A stretch of 64,000 nt of DNA from the human T2T-CHM13v2.0 reference genome, Homo sapiens. The position numbers were made by a program, and so were the translations under genes. The stretch lies in NCBI RefSeq assembly GCF_009914755.1, contig NC_060927.1. One strand, 5' to 3'. Below the pieces are notes generated by a model. That model ran no database searches, was not told where the DNA came from, and saw nothing but the letters and a program-made list of their open reading frames with translations. Shown here piece after piece: positions 1-13,172 of the stretch (positions are counted from its first letter, which is position 1; each line of letters starts with the position of its first letter).

Positions 1-429
1 GAACAGAAAAAGGAAATGGGACATTGAATTGGGATAAATAAGCAAACATCAGGGAAAATGTGGCCCCTTGCTTTTTAAATTCCTTATTGTTATTTTGGTA
101 TACAGCCTCCTCCGTGAGTTGAGACTCCAATACTGCTTCTTCACATTCGGGCCCCTTAATGCCCCTCTCCTCCCCTAATCATTTATCCGCCTTGACAGAA
201 ATGATCATTAGACCTCTGTGGCAATGAAATTACTTATTTAGGTTGAGAAATTATGGAAATTTAGAAAATTTTCGGCAGATTCTTAAAAAAAAAAAACTTT
301 TGTAAACCCACATTATTTAAATTCATTGTATTAACTTCAAAATATTTAATAACGTGTGTATTATGATGTAGTTCGACTAGAAGTTGAGCTGTATATGATA
401 GTGAGGAAACAGACTGCTATTTGCAGGAC

Positions 430-610
430 GAACCAGCCTCAGTTTTCCCATTTACTATCTATGTGACCTCAGGCAAATCTCCTAGAACTTGCCCCTCACC
501 TGTTTTTGTGGAGAATAATATACTTCTCAACATTGAATGAGATTATACATGTAAAATCTTTAGCATAGTGCCTAGAGCATTGTAGGTAGTCAGTAAATCC
601 CAACTAATAT
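430..610 (+). mobile_element. MIR SINE fragment
   Basis: tgtgacctcaggcaa...catgtaaaatctttagcatagtgcct resembles MIR core and tail; edges approximate. Confidence 0.65.
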
Positions 611-1159
611 TGTCAATAGTAATAATTTATATTGTTACCTGTACTATATCCTACATTCCAGTCTAAAATTATGTGAATGTCATAATCAATACATAGTCTT
701 CCTGTGAGTAATGTCTTCCAGCTAGAGTATTTTGTTTATTACAATTCTGTTGTCCCTCCAAATAGATGAGCAAATATGTAATTTCAAAATATTTCCATAA
801 TTTATGTATTTTTTACGAGTCACTTTCTGATTATTGTTGTTTTATGAGTTTAAGGTTGCACTCAAATGAATAATTTGTAAATAACACTCTTTTTAGATTG
901 GTCTCAATATTACATTTCTGAAGTTCTGTATTCAGACAATTCCTCATTTAGAAAAATCATTTCAAACTCATTTAAGCAAGTTGTTGCAGACATTGACATA
1001 GTTTGTTCATTCACTTGGATATTTTAAGTCATTCCGGTAGAAATTGTGATTTGCGTGTGGAAGTAAAGTGTCTCATGAATGCTTATCTGTGTGTTACCAG
1101 GACAACTATATCCTATAGATCCAAACCCATGTGTTTTCATGCCCACACCAGAGTGTCCC

Positions 1160-1470
1160 ATCCAGATCCCAGCTTTCCTACTCGCTGTTTAATCTGTGAG
1201 TTACTTAACATCTTTGAGCCTCATCTTTAGACAATTTTTTTCTTAGAGATGGGATCTCACTGTGTTAACTAGGCTAGTCTCAAACTCTTGGCCTCAAGTG
1301 ATCCTCCCATCCGGGCCTCCCAAAGTGCTAGAATTACAGGCGTGAGCCACAATGTTTTTGTCTATAAAATGACAAGATAATAAAAATTACATGTAAGTCG
1401 GAAGATTCTGGAGAGAATTACATGAGCTGATGTATGTAAAGTGCTTCACACCTGGAATGTGGGAAGTTCT
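1160..1470 (+). mobile_element. MIR split by an Alu monomer
   Basis: gttacttaacatctttgagcctca before and tctataaaatg...tgtaaagtgctt after the Alu. Confidence 0.6.
1235..1350 (-). mobile_element. Alu monomer (FLAM-like)
   Basis: polyT-gagatggg...cctcccaaagtgctagaattacaggcgtgagccac. Confidence 0.85.
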
Positions 1471-2949
1471 GTATGTTCTATGGAAGTGTGTATTGTGGTT
1501 GCTGTTACAGTCATTCTTTACGTCATGCTTTGTGTTTGCCACTGAAGTTTCTCACTTTAAACGTTTTGGGTCTTCTAGAGATTTTTTGTTTGTTTTAAGA
1601 TATTTATTAGTATCCATGTCAAATACCAAATTATTTCTTTATGTGTTTTTTGTAGGCTCATTATTCTGGCCAGGTGATAGTGGAAAGTTAGACTTATCTG
1701 TGGAGATTCTGTTTTTAAATGTTGTCTTCAGCCATCTGAGTCTATTTGGATTGTGTTTTTTCGCCCCCTGGCAACCAATTTTTTTCTCCCTAGATTATAA
1801 CAGGCACCTCTGTGAAGCTTTCTCTGTCACCTCACTTCTCTCTTGTATAATCCTCTTCTGCCCCCACCATACCTTCATCAAATATTAGACCTAGGGACTG
1901 TTACTTTTTCTTTTCTTGACTACAATACCTGACACCTAGTAAGTAGTTGTTGAATTTATGACTTGCATAACATTTTTGATTTCTTATCACATTCACATCT
2001 TACTGTTATTTACTTTTGCTTATAAACTCAGCATTATTACCAGCATTTCAAGTCTATTTGGAGTAGCCTTCTACTCTTTGGAACATTTAAAGATATAAGT
2101 AGATTAACTGAAAGTGACCTTTAGTCATCAACAGAAATCTAGTTTATATTTTGCATTGCTTTTCTACTAAGTTGGTGAAGTAAATGTTGGTGTTAAAACT
2201 GGCATTAGCCTGATAAAATACACCCTTTGCCACCTTAAAAGTAAAGAAAAAGCGATTCCATTGTCTTGTTTCTTATTCTTTCTGCAGTGCTTCTAGGAGC
2301 TCTGGAAAAAATAATGGTTTCTATTAAAGCATACAGATGTATTTGCAAACATTAGAGCATTTTCTGAAAATATACCAGATACTCTGTTTAATGGCAATAT
2401 TATCTTTAGAAACCAGTCTCTAATAAGTCTTTTCTTTTTTAGCTTATCTGCTTTCACAAGTAAGGTGATAAATACCTATTTGATAGCTGCACTCTCAGTG
2501 CAGTAAATTGAATTAATACACTTTCAGAGAATCATTCACGTTAGTATGGATAGAGGGAAATGTTGGTCCTCAAACCACACGCTGTCACATATTTAATTTG
2601 TTAGATAGTTAACATAGTAGCTGTCTGACTTAAGAGAAGTTGTGAAAGTTGACAGAGTAAACAGAGTCTTGTACCTAATGAATTTCTATGGCATCTTCTT
2701 CATCCCCTCAGTGACCCTCACAACCTTCCAGAGATAGTTGTCAGTGGAGAAGCATTCAGAGTAGGAAATTAAAATGAACTTTGCTGTTCTTCTTTTAGTT
2801 GCTGTGTATTTGATTATCCCTAAAAATGTCAGACCACTCTCAGAAAGTCATTATACTTTTCTAACCATTTAAATTAATATATTAAAGAGGTCTTTTTTGT
2901 TAATATTTGTGGTCACTATTGCAATGCATACCATTATTCTGAAGGTCCT

Positions 2950-5190
2950 ACTCAATTCAGTAAGGCAAAAATGAAAATAAACAATAAAAGTTACCTTAAT
3001 TGGAGAGGAAGAAGTACAACTGTCTTTATTCACAGATGATACGGTCATCTATGTCGAAAATTTGATGAGCTTTATAAAAAAAAAGCTATGAGGTTGGTAA
3101 CTTTAGCAAGGCTGCAGAATACAAGATCAGTGTACAAAAATCAATTGTGTTGATAACCAGTTTCAGTTTCTGCATATTAGCAATGAACAACCAGAGACTG
3201 AAATTTAAAAAACAGTGCGATTTGCAGTAGCATCAAAACATGTGAACTACTTAAGGATAAATTTGACAAAACCAGTGCAAGACCTGTATACTGAAAACTA
3301 AGACAGTGTGGAGAGAAACAAAAGAAGGCCTTAGTCAAATGGAGAGGGATGCCATGCCTGTGAGAAGAAAACCCCTCAACATTAACAACTGGTTCTCTCC
3401 AAAATAATCCATGGGTTTGGTGCCTCCCAATCACAGTCTTAGCAGGTTATTTCGTAGGAATTGATAATCAGATTGCAAAATTCATATGGAAATGCAAAAT
3501 ATTTAGAATAGGTAGAAGGACTTTGAAAAAGAATTTGGAAGACAAATACTACCTGGTTTCAAGATTCATTATAAAGTTACAGTAGTGAAGAAAGTATGGA
3601 ATTGATATCAAGATAGGCCTATAGATGAGAACATAATAGAGAGTTCAGAAATAGACCCACACATATGTGGACAATTGATTTTTGACAAAAGCAAGAGGGC
3701 AGTTCATTGGAGAAATGATTATCTTTCCCAGTCACTGGAACAACTGAATATCCATATGTGAAAACAAAACCAAATAACTTCAATCTACATATTGTACCAT
3801 ATATAAAAATTAACTCAAAATGGATGATAGATACAAATGTAAAACCTGAAAGCATAAAATTTCTAGAAGAAAACACAGGATCAAAAAATCTTTGTGACTT
3901 TGAGTTAGGCAAAGATTTCTTAGATGTGACACCAAAAGCAAGATCTGTAAAAGAATAATTTGGACTTCATCAAAATTAAAAACTTCGGTTCTTTGAAAGA
4001 TGCTGTTAAAAGAATGATGAAAGATGTTGTTAAAAGAATGAAAAGGCAAGACTAGAAGAAAACATCTGTAAGTGAGCTATGTCTAGAATATGTAAAGAAC
4101 TCTTAAAATGCAGTCATTGAGATACGGTAACCCAGTACAAATGTGCAACATATTTGAACAGACACTTCACCAAAGACAGTATGTTGTGGATGGCAGATAA
4201 GTACATGAAAAGCAACTCAACATCATTAGGGAAATACAAATTAAAACCACAATGAAGGCACGGTGGCTCACACCTGTAATCCCAGCACTTTGAGAGGCTG
4301 AGGCGGGTGGATCGCTTGAGGTCAGGAGTTCGACACCAGCCTGGCCAACATGGTGAAACCCCGTGTCTAGGACTAAAAATACAAAAATTAGCCGGGCGTG
4401 TTGGCAGGCGCCTGTAGTCGCAGCTACTCAGGAGGCTGAGGCAGGAGAATCATATGAACCCAGGAGCTGGAGGTTGCAGTGAGCCAAGATTGCACCACTG
4501 TACTCCAGCACTCCAGCCTGGGTGACAGAGCGAGTCTGTCTCAAAAAAAAAGAAGAAAGAAAGAAAGAAATACTGCAACACACTTGCTAGAATGATTAAA
4601 ATTTTAAAATGGTGATGATAACAAGTATTGGGAAAGATGTGGAGAAACCAGAACTCAAGGGAATGTAAAATGGTACAATCGCTTTGGAAAACAGTTTGGC
4701 AGTTCTTAAAAAGTTAAACATATAACTCCCATGTGATCTAGTGATTTCACCGCTAGGTATTTCCCCAAGAGAAATGAAAGCATGTATACATATAAAGACC
4801 TGTATACAAATGTTCATGGTGGCTTTATTTGTAATAGCCCCAAACTGGAAAAATCCCAAATGTCCATCAACAGGTAAATGCGTAAATCACGGTATATCCA
4901 TACAACAGAATATTACTAATGAAGAAGAAGGCAACTGTTGATATCTGCATGACGTGGGTGAATCACGAAATAATTCTGAATAAAAGAAGTTGGATTTAAA
5001 AAAAATATGTGATTACAATGATATAACATTCTGGGAAAGGCATACTAATCTAGAATGACAGATCAGATTGCTTGGGGGATAGTGAGGAAGGACAGGAAGG
5101 AGGGGTTACATAGGGATACAAGAAAACTTGTGGGTCATGAGTCAGTTCACTATCTGAATTGTGGCGATGATGTTTTGTGTGCGTGCACAC
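2950..5190 (+). mobile_element. Old L1 (L1M-type) ORF2 3' half + 3'UTR, decayed, interrupted by Alu
   Basis: gaagaagtacaactgtctttattcacagatgat (RT LSLFxDD region), INSKW/IKFLEEN remnants, L1M 3'UTR. Confidence 0.85.
4257..4570 (+). mobile_element. AluS element inserted in L1
   Basis: Dimeric Alu with A/GAAA tail. Confidence 0.93.
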
Positions 5191-5429
5191 ACACATATGT
5201 ATTCTCTGAAAATTGTTTACTTTGAGCACTCTAATGTAGCTGTCACTCTCATTTCTGTGACTTATTTTAGAAAGCTGTTAAGTCTTTGGGAAAGTCACTT
5301 ATGTCATCAGTAAAGAATGCCACCAAAATAGCTTCTCACTTAAGTTCCCATCCCCAGAGCTAACCCACAGGAGGTTCCGATAAATTCAAATATTTAATAA
5401 CTTGTATTTTTCTTTCTCCTTAAACACAG

Positions 5430-5499
5430 GCCCTCTGGTCCTGGAGGCAGGATCATGTGGTGGATTCTTGGCAGTCAGCAGTCTGTGGAGCTTTTGCAG
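5430..5499 (+). CDS. SLC25A26: SLC25A26 internal coding exon (4th from last; [24 protein letters not shown])
   Basis: Pyrimidine tract + cag acceptor at 5428-5429, GT donor at 5500; 70 nt, phase 0 to 1; translation matches SAM carrier and joins next exon in frame. Confidence 0.95.
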
Positions 5500-7099
5500 G
5501 TGCAAAGGATTATATTATACTGGGAAAGACCAAAGAGGGGGAAAAATGTGAAAATATTAACTATGCAAAAACAACATTCTTTAGACATTCCAGGTTGTTT
5601 AGATGAAGAGCGCTCCACTAGTTGTTTGAGAAAAGAACGTGTCTTAGAGGGGAAAAAAAAAAAAAAACTGCTAAAAAGGTGTCTGCCTGAAAGACAACCA
5701 ATTTGTTTTTGACAAATTTTTCTTTTTCTTTTTATCTTTATTAAAGCCTTCACTCAGGCCCTGGAATTACCTTAAAGATGATTTATAAAGTCCTCTGTGG
5801 GAAGAGACTTGCTGTGGGTGCAGGGCTCACCATGCAGCTGTCTGCCTTGGGCAGTGCTTAGGGGGTTTAAGCGATTTCTGCAGAAGGCCATGATTCACGG
5901 TTTGTGTGACATGTTTGACAGCACTGTAGATTAACTAGTGTCAGGAGAGCAGAGGCTCCTCCATAACTTACTGAAGGGTAAACTGTTCTGTGTAGGAAGT
6001 ATGGAGATCTACACATCTGGGCATTTTCGAGACATTAAAGCAAGAGCGAGGTGACAATATGCAATACCGTGTTATCCATCACTAAGTCATATGAATTTTC
6101 AAGTGAGGCTTTAACGAGAACTCAAATGCTTTAAAGAGCTTAATAAGTGATATGTTTAAAAGCCTAAGAGAGAAGTATATTTTGTTGTTACAACGTTAAA
6201 TTAGAATTATAGTTGAAATACAATGGAAATTTGCCAGAAAAGGAAACTTTTAGTTGAGATGTGAAGCCAGTAGGGGAGGTTTAGGGTGTTAACTTTATTG
6301 GAAAATAATTATTTTGCAATTTGTTTAATGGTCATTTTTGTTGTTGTTGTCGTGATTGAGAAAACAAAATGTTCATTTTATAGTACTCTTTATTAATAGA
6401 CTCATTTGACTTGTAGAATTGATAATCAACAATAAGAATTTTGCCTGTAGACATGAAACCAATCCAGATTGATTATGATGATGATCGTTTCCACATGACA
6501 CATAGTCATTAGCTGTGTTAAATAAGTAGGTGGTCTTGATTCATTTTCCAGAGGTCAGGAGTCATTATTCCCCAGTCCCTAAGAGAGATGTGCATTTTTG
6601 TAGACACTCTCCTGGGCCCTGGGGACAAAATGAGCGCATTATGGAAATTAAGTCATCCTGGATAAGTAAGGCTACTTTTTAAAGTTAGCAATACTATAAA
6701 ACTTCCATGTGTTGAAATAAGAACATATTCTCTGGTCCTATTCCTTGAATACCCAATTCAAAGATTTGCTTGCAGAGACATTGTTACTATTAAGGAAATT
6801 TGCATTAATTACAGTTTCCTTTTCAGAATAATACTCTGTAATAGACACTAAGCACTTGTACTGTCAGAAGGAGTGAGAGAAGGGAACTTCCTATCAGACA
6901 TCCTCTATCTATGTGGTAGGATCCTACCATCCAGGCCCTTTCAGTTAAGGTGACTCACCTGGGGAGTGTGGCAGCACAGCCGGTGCTCCAGTGATGCTGG
7001 GGTGTGGAGAAAGGGAGCGAGGTGCCCACGGCTACACATCTAGCACAGGCTGAGCTGTGTGACTTACAGGATTCTGAAGTCTCTTTTTGCTCCCCAACT

Positions 7100-7260
7100 C
7101 AGGAATGAGACTTTGGGACCCTCCTGAGTGCCAGTTTCCTTACCTGTAATGTAGAAGCAACAATTCCTACCTTAGGGGATTACTTCAGGGCTTGAGATAA
7201 TGTATGGTCAGTACTCTGTACTCTGCAAAACCGAGTCGATGTAAGGAATTACTACTATTT
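7100..7260 (+). mobile_element. MIR fragment
   Basis: ccagtttccttacctgtaatg...cctacct...gagataatgtatg. Confidence 0.5.
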
Positions 7261-9369
7261 CAATAAGAACAACTAACATCCAGAAAATGAAAACCTACTT
7301 TCACAGTAATTCATCTTCTTGATTGAGTGAAGGAATGTCATATCAATAAAGTTACTGTACACAACAGTCTCCTCTAATAGCTCGTAAATTTTAAAATGCC
7401 TCCAATATAAGCATCTTATTTTTTTCTGCTGAAGTTCTGATAAGTGAAGGAGTTTGTCCAAGGCCTGCAAAAAATCTGTTGTCAGTAGAACCACATATAT
7501 TTAGCAAAAGATAAATAGATTGCTTATTTATATCCCTTATTTTGAAATTTTATTTGGTACAACTGTTGATCCAGAGGAGGTTACTATTTTAAGGCATTTC
7601 TGAAGGATAAACATCACTTGAAAATATTCCCATTTGTGAAAAAGTGAGATTCTGTAAGAGTTGCAACATGGTGCCTTACAGCATATAGAGATGAAGGATG
7701 TCTTGTGAAGTCCCTTTAAAATACACGCTGCACTTGCAGACTTTACCCTTACATGGCCATAAAAGCAGTGATGAAACTTGCCCTCAAATCAGAAATCAGA
7801 TTTCTCATCCCCATGTGCTTTTCCAAGTTTAAATTGGCTAAATCATTGCAGATGAACCATTCTGTGTGCCATCCTTGGCACTCTTTCTTGTTCATGCTTG
7901 TTTTGTAAACTACTTGGCGCAAATATCCAAAAATGTCCCGTGATCTTGGAGGTGTTGATGGCTTGTCATGCACAGAAATTCCCTTGGCTTCTGGTCGGGG
8001 TGAAACTAGGGGGATAAAAGGACTTTGCAACTTCCTTGCTTCGAGTTAACTTCTAAACATAAACCATAATGCAGCCTAAGTAATTATGACATTTGCTACT
8101 ATAGTGGTATTTGGTACTCTAGTATATTTTGATTAGTTTCTCATAATAAACACCTCTGTACATTCTCTAGGAGAGAAGAGGGTGGGGGAGAAAGAGGCAG
8201 GGAAAGAGACATTGATTGCGATCTCTCCATGGGTTTGAAATTCGAGAACAGGGTGAGGGATTATTTGGGTAACAAATGAGAAGGCCTGACACAATCTCTA
8301 TTAAAATACAAACAAAAAACACTTTCCTTCTTGTTGATGGGGAAGTCTTCCACATCTGCACACTTCACTGGAGGTCACGCACATAAGAGGGGTATGGTGG
8401 TGCTCTTCTCCCTTCCAGACTAATCAGGGGCAACGTAGGGTCTGGAGGAGCAATGAATGGCAGCAAGGTTGCCCAGGGGTGGGTTCGGGCACTTCCCCAC
8501 TGCTGCCCCCACATTCTCAGCCACTGCTTAGAGGTGACAGCTCCAGCCTTATTGTAGGAAGGTGGCTACTTTGTCTTTATGGGTGTTGGGGCAGGGGCAG
8601 TTAGGGAATCTGCATTTGTTCCCCAAGGAAATAGGAGATAATAGTTTTATCATAAAATTTTAGTTTCTCCTGAATCCTGTCCTCGAAAGCAGTTAGCCTA
8701 ACATTCAGTACAAACCTAACTCCAGTGGAGACCATAGAAAACTGTTTCACAGATGCTTTGAACACAAAAGCAGCCTGTAATTGCTGTACCAAATAATTAT
8801 TTCCTGTCTCATATGTTAGACTGTTCCTTGTATTTATTACCAGTAGCTTACAGTGCCCTTAAATAAAACGTAGAAAATAACTACATTTTAACTGAAAGTC
8901 CTGGCCCCCAGCCCTTCCCCGTTATGACCATTATTCTATTCTATTATCTTCACAAGTCCTCCTTACAGCCTTACAAAAGCATTGTGAGGTCTGTGAATTA
9001 GAGAAATCTTTGATAGTTGAAGACAGGCAAATTGGTCTATTAGTAACACATAAAATACAGCTTCTCTCATGGTAGTAAAGTTAGGACCTATTGAAGCATA
9101 CATGTTTCTGTCTGTAACTTTTCTTCATATTACTTTCATGAAACCTAAATCTCCAAGAGAATATTGGTAGGCATCCCCACTAAAGGAATGGTAAATCTTT
9201 GCTAATGGCCAAAATAAGTTTGATTTGCAGTAACTAAATTTATTAGATGTTCCTTATCAACCTTTAGGTCTTTTTAATTGGTTTAGGATCGTTTGTGAAC
9301 ATTTTCACATACGAAAGTGGGTTTAACAATTGGACAAATTTTAATTTGTCTTATATATCAAAGTCATTA

Positions 9370-10100
9370 TGTAGTGGAACGAGCATTACTTTTGGAGTCA
9401 TCATACATGTGACAGTCCCAGGTCCCGCACCAGCTGTGTGGCCTGGGCAAGTAAGTTGGTTGTAAAATGAGAATAGTAACACCTATGCAAATGAGATCAA
9501 ATAATCAATGAAAGTGCCTAGTGCATTCCTGGCATGCCAGATACGAAGTAAGCACTGCAGATATTAGCTCCTACCTTTACCTTTCCCTGCCTTTTAGAGG
9601 ATGAGTTGAAATTTTCAGTTTATAAAAACTATAGACCAGGGTACCGATTAAGCGTTTTCGAGTGCCTGCTGTGAGTGTGCTGGTCTAAAGATACGAAGAA
9701 AAAGCACTCATTAGCTCTGGCCACCAAGGAAAGAGTTAATTATTTTGTGATTACTGCTGTGAGCCAGATGCTGTTCCAAACATGTTGCGTAGGCCCATTT
9801 AATTCCTGTGTCATACTACTATCTGCATTTTACAGATCAGAAAACTGAGGCCACTAGGAGACCAGTGGGTAAGAGTCCCAGTTCCAGAGTCAGTACAGGC
9901 TTTAGATCCCGTCTCAGCTCTGCACTAAGTAAAATCTTCAAGTTTTTAGCCTCCATAAGCCTCAGTTTCCTCACCTGTAGCATGGGGATGTAAGAGTTCC
10001 TAGCTCATAAGGTACTTCAGCCACAGAATAAGTAATTACCTAAGGCTAGACACCTGGTAGAACTGGGATTTAAGCGTTGGTCTTTCCAACTCCAAAGAAG
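9370..10100. mobile_element. Cluster of MIR fragments in both orientations
   Basis: gctgtgtggcctgggcaagt/gtaaaatgag; cattttacagatcagaaaactgaggc; gcctcagtttcctcacctgta. Confidence 0.6.
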
Positions 10101-10239
10101 GGTTCTTTCAGGCTAGACCGTGCTGCTGGTAAGGGAAACAAAACCAAATCTGTTATTTTGGTGTATGGGAAGTTTGGGATAGTAAAGTTTGTTGCCTTTG
10201 TGTCTTGTGTCTTTTTTCCTTTTCTTCCTTTCTTGGGGG

Positions 10240-10240
<1 letters not shown>

Positions 10241-10276
<36 letters not shown>

Positions 10277-10309
10277 CAGAGAGAGAGAGAGAGAGAGAGA
10301 GACAGATAG
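10241..10309 (+). repeat. Compound microsatellite (GATA)3(GACA)6CA(GA)11GACAGATAG
   Basis: Read directly. Confidence 0.95.
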
Positions 10310-11305
10310 TGTTCATGGATCCTGTTATGTAACTAAAAGTATATTTACTTTTCCAGGGCAGAATATATGGTTAAAAGAGTAGGATTTCAAGACCAAGTCC
10401 ACAAAAATTTAAAAGACACAAAGCTTAGCAAGTCTCTGAATTTCAGACAACCTCTGGATAGGAGATGAAGAGTTTTACATAGTCATAATTTGAAATGGCT
10501 AAACCCAAGGGGATTCAAATATTCATGTCAGTTGATAGTATTACCCCTAAGGTGTGTGACATTCAGGGGTAACCAGAAATGGACCATGAGGGCATAAATA
10601 GGTACACCTTTCAAAAAGTCAGTGTCATAATCAGTGTTACCATATGGAGGAGGCTTGGTATAATCTTATTTCAGCATCATAATTAGATATTTGGCAGAGA
10701 TCAGATGACCTTCTTGTCCACAAGCCACAAAAGCGAGAAGGAAAGTAGTGCTATTTCTGGAGTATCCTTCACACACGGGTGTCCTGTTGCCCTTATAACA
10801 CTGCCTCTTTACCCCTAGCTCATGGAAGCTGAATCTTTGTAATGCCTTTTAGGATTTTTATTATTTCTGTCTCTGTAGGGCCTCTTCGGATTTAGAATAT
10901 ATCTTTGTACTGCATTTTAAATGTAATATTGACACCATAAACTTGGTTTATGTTAAAACAGAAAGTCCTTCAAAAAGTCCAATCTGTGTACAGTTCAGCC
11001 ATCACGACATTCAGATAACGCAAACATGAGAGAGAAGGTTAGGAAGGAAGCCATAATGTGGAATGTGTGCTGAAGCGAGACTCAGGCTAAGAAGATGTAG
11101 AAGAGAGCTTAGAAAGGTAACTTTGACTAGCCTGCTGTCAGGAGCCCGTGAAACACAAAAAGCTTTGCTCCTTTAATTCAAAGAATCCAGCCATGTATAC
11201 CCAAAATCCCCACAATGTCACATGTGAGTCTGTTTGTCCATTTTGCTATATGCAAAACAGAAATGATAGACGCATTTTGGAGTCACTTTAAAGAACAGTG
11301 GTCCA

Positions 11306-11636
11306 GGCTGGGCGTGGTGGTTCATGCCTGTAATCCCAACACTTTGGGAGGCCGAGGCAGGAGGAGTGCTTGATGCAAGGAGTTCAAGACCAGGCTGGGC
11401 AACAGAGCAAGACCCTGTCTCTATAGAAAATTTAAAAATTAGCCAAGCATGGTGGTGCGCAGCTGTAGTCCCAGCTACTCAGGAGGAGGCTAAGGTGGAG
11501 AGATCACTTGAGCCTAGGAGGGTGAGGCTGCAGTGAGTTATGATCACACCACTGCACTCCAGTCTTGGTGAGACACAGTGAGACCCTGTCTTTTCAAAAA
11601 AAAAAAAAAAAAACAAAAACAAAAAAAAAAAACAAA
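11306..11636 (+). mobile_element. AluJ element
   Basis: Dimeric Alu, J-type divergence, long A tail, TSD-like aaaga(a)cagtgg on both sides. Confidence 0.92.
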
Positions 11637-12047
11637 AGACAGTGGCCTATAGAAAGTCATGAACCCTTTGAGAACCATTAGGAGCAGTGTGTCTCACATA
11701 TTGAGAGTGGGCATCTGGCCACATACATGTATGTCATGTGTACACATTCATCATGTATGTAAACATACACACTCATTAGTTTGCTAGTTAATGAAAGAGC
11801 AAGATAAATTGTGGAGCCTTGTATTTTTCACCTGAGTGGGTAGAGCATTTTCTTCTCTCATGCAGTTCTGTATCGCTGCAAAAGAAATGAAGCGTGTGGA
11901 TAAAGATTGTGCATGTGTGCATCCTGTTCTTCAATCAGCCAGGTGTACATAATGACGAAGTGATTTGGGCAGAGTCAGGAATTCTAAAAATTACAAAATT
12001 ATACAGTAAACAGGATCTCACTTGGGTGTTGGGTATTATTTGTACAG

Positions 12048-12112
12048 GTGGATTTGCCGCTGCAGTCACCACCCCTCTAGACGTGGCAAAGACAAGAATT
12101 ACGCTGGCAAAG
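12048..12112 (+). CDS. SLC25A26: SLC25A26 coding exon (GFAAAVTTPLDVAKTRITLAK), third mitochondrial-carrier signature
   Basis: AG at 12046-12047, GTAAGT donor at 12113; 65 nt; contains Px[DE]xx[KR]x[KR] motif PLDVAKTR. Confidence 0.96.
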
Positions 12113-13098
12113 GTAAGTGGTGAAATAATGTAATGGAGATACTTCAGATGCTCATATCTGTTAGCACTAGGACTACAGGTGTATAAAGTGAACACAAATG
12201 GCTACCATTTACCTGTAATAGCATCTTATGCTGCCTGTGCAACCTCTAACAAAACTGCCATTGATGGAACAATGTCCCCAGTGTCTACATAATATTGTAC
12301 CATTTCACAGTCATTTTCACATAGGGCTGGTAGAGCCACTGCCTGGCAGTACCATCTTCAAATAAACTCTGTTTTTACTGGTGACAAACCTAAGGGTCAG
12401 AGAGGTTGACGAGCCTCCTGCTATGTGGCAGGTAAGTGACAGGCTTTGAACCTAGGGTCATGGTTGGCCTTAACTGGATGGGTTAAGACAGTTGTCAGAA
12501 ATGTTGAAACCATTTTGTTTAAGAGAAAAATTGTTTTAAAAAACCCTGCTAGATAGAGAGTTGAAAGAATGCCATACGTATAACATACCTGAACTGAACC
12601 AAAACAAAAAAGTCCTATCTTTGTGGAAAAGTAGAACAAATAATGGGCCAAATTTTAGTATGGAGGTGGCAGGATCCAACCTAAGAATGTTAATCACGTT
12701 TTAAATGGAACATTTAAACGGCACTCTATTAAATATGCTTATTAGCTGCTTATGCAGGTTTCATAGTTGTACCATTTACACTAATGATTCCCCGCCCTCC
12801 TCACATTGCTTCATAGTGCTTCTGTCTTTCTGCTGTTAAATAGTTCATCAGTCATCTCGTGAGCTCTGATAAGCAGCCACCTGTGTGGCATGGGCCACAT
12901 CCCTGCTTGCCTGCATATCGGAGTGTAAGCACTTCTGGGCGAGCGAGCCAGGTCCTGATTGCCAAGAAACTCCCTGGTATCTGACACTGTGTTCTAGATG
13001 AGGGTGACGGGGAGCTGTGTGTCTGAGGATATCTGAGAGGCAAGTGTGTGATTGGGAGCTTCAGAAGATAACGGGTTTCTCTTTGTCTGTTCACACAG

Positions 13099-13172
13099 GC
13101 TGGCTCCAGCACTGCTGATGGGAATGTGCTCTCTGTCCTGCATGGGGTCTGGCGGTCACAGGGGCTGGCAGG
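13099..13172 (+). CDS. SLC25A26: SLC25A26 penultimate coding exon ([25 protein letters not shown])
   Basis: tttctctttgtctgttcacacag acceptor, GTAAGA donor at 13173; 74 nt, in frame with neighbours. Confidence 0.95.

Noticed and set aside
1430-1888. 152-aa hydrophobic ORF resembling a membrane protein
   Set aside because: Hydrophobicity reflects T-rich intronic DNA; begins in a MIR; no family motif
3996-4045. 24-bp-period duplication within L1 and an 8-nt duplication in the adjacent Alu
   Set aside because: Neutral slippage inside dead repeats
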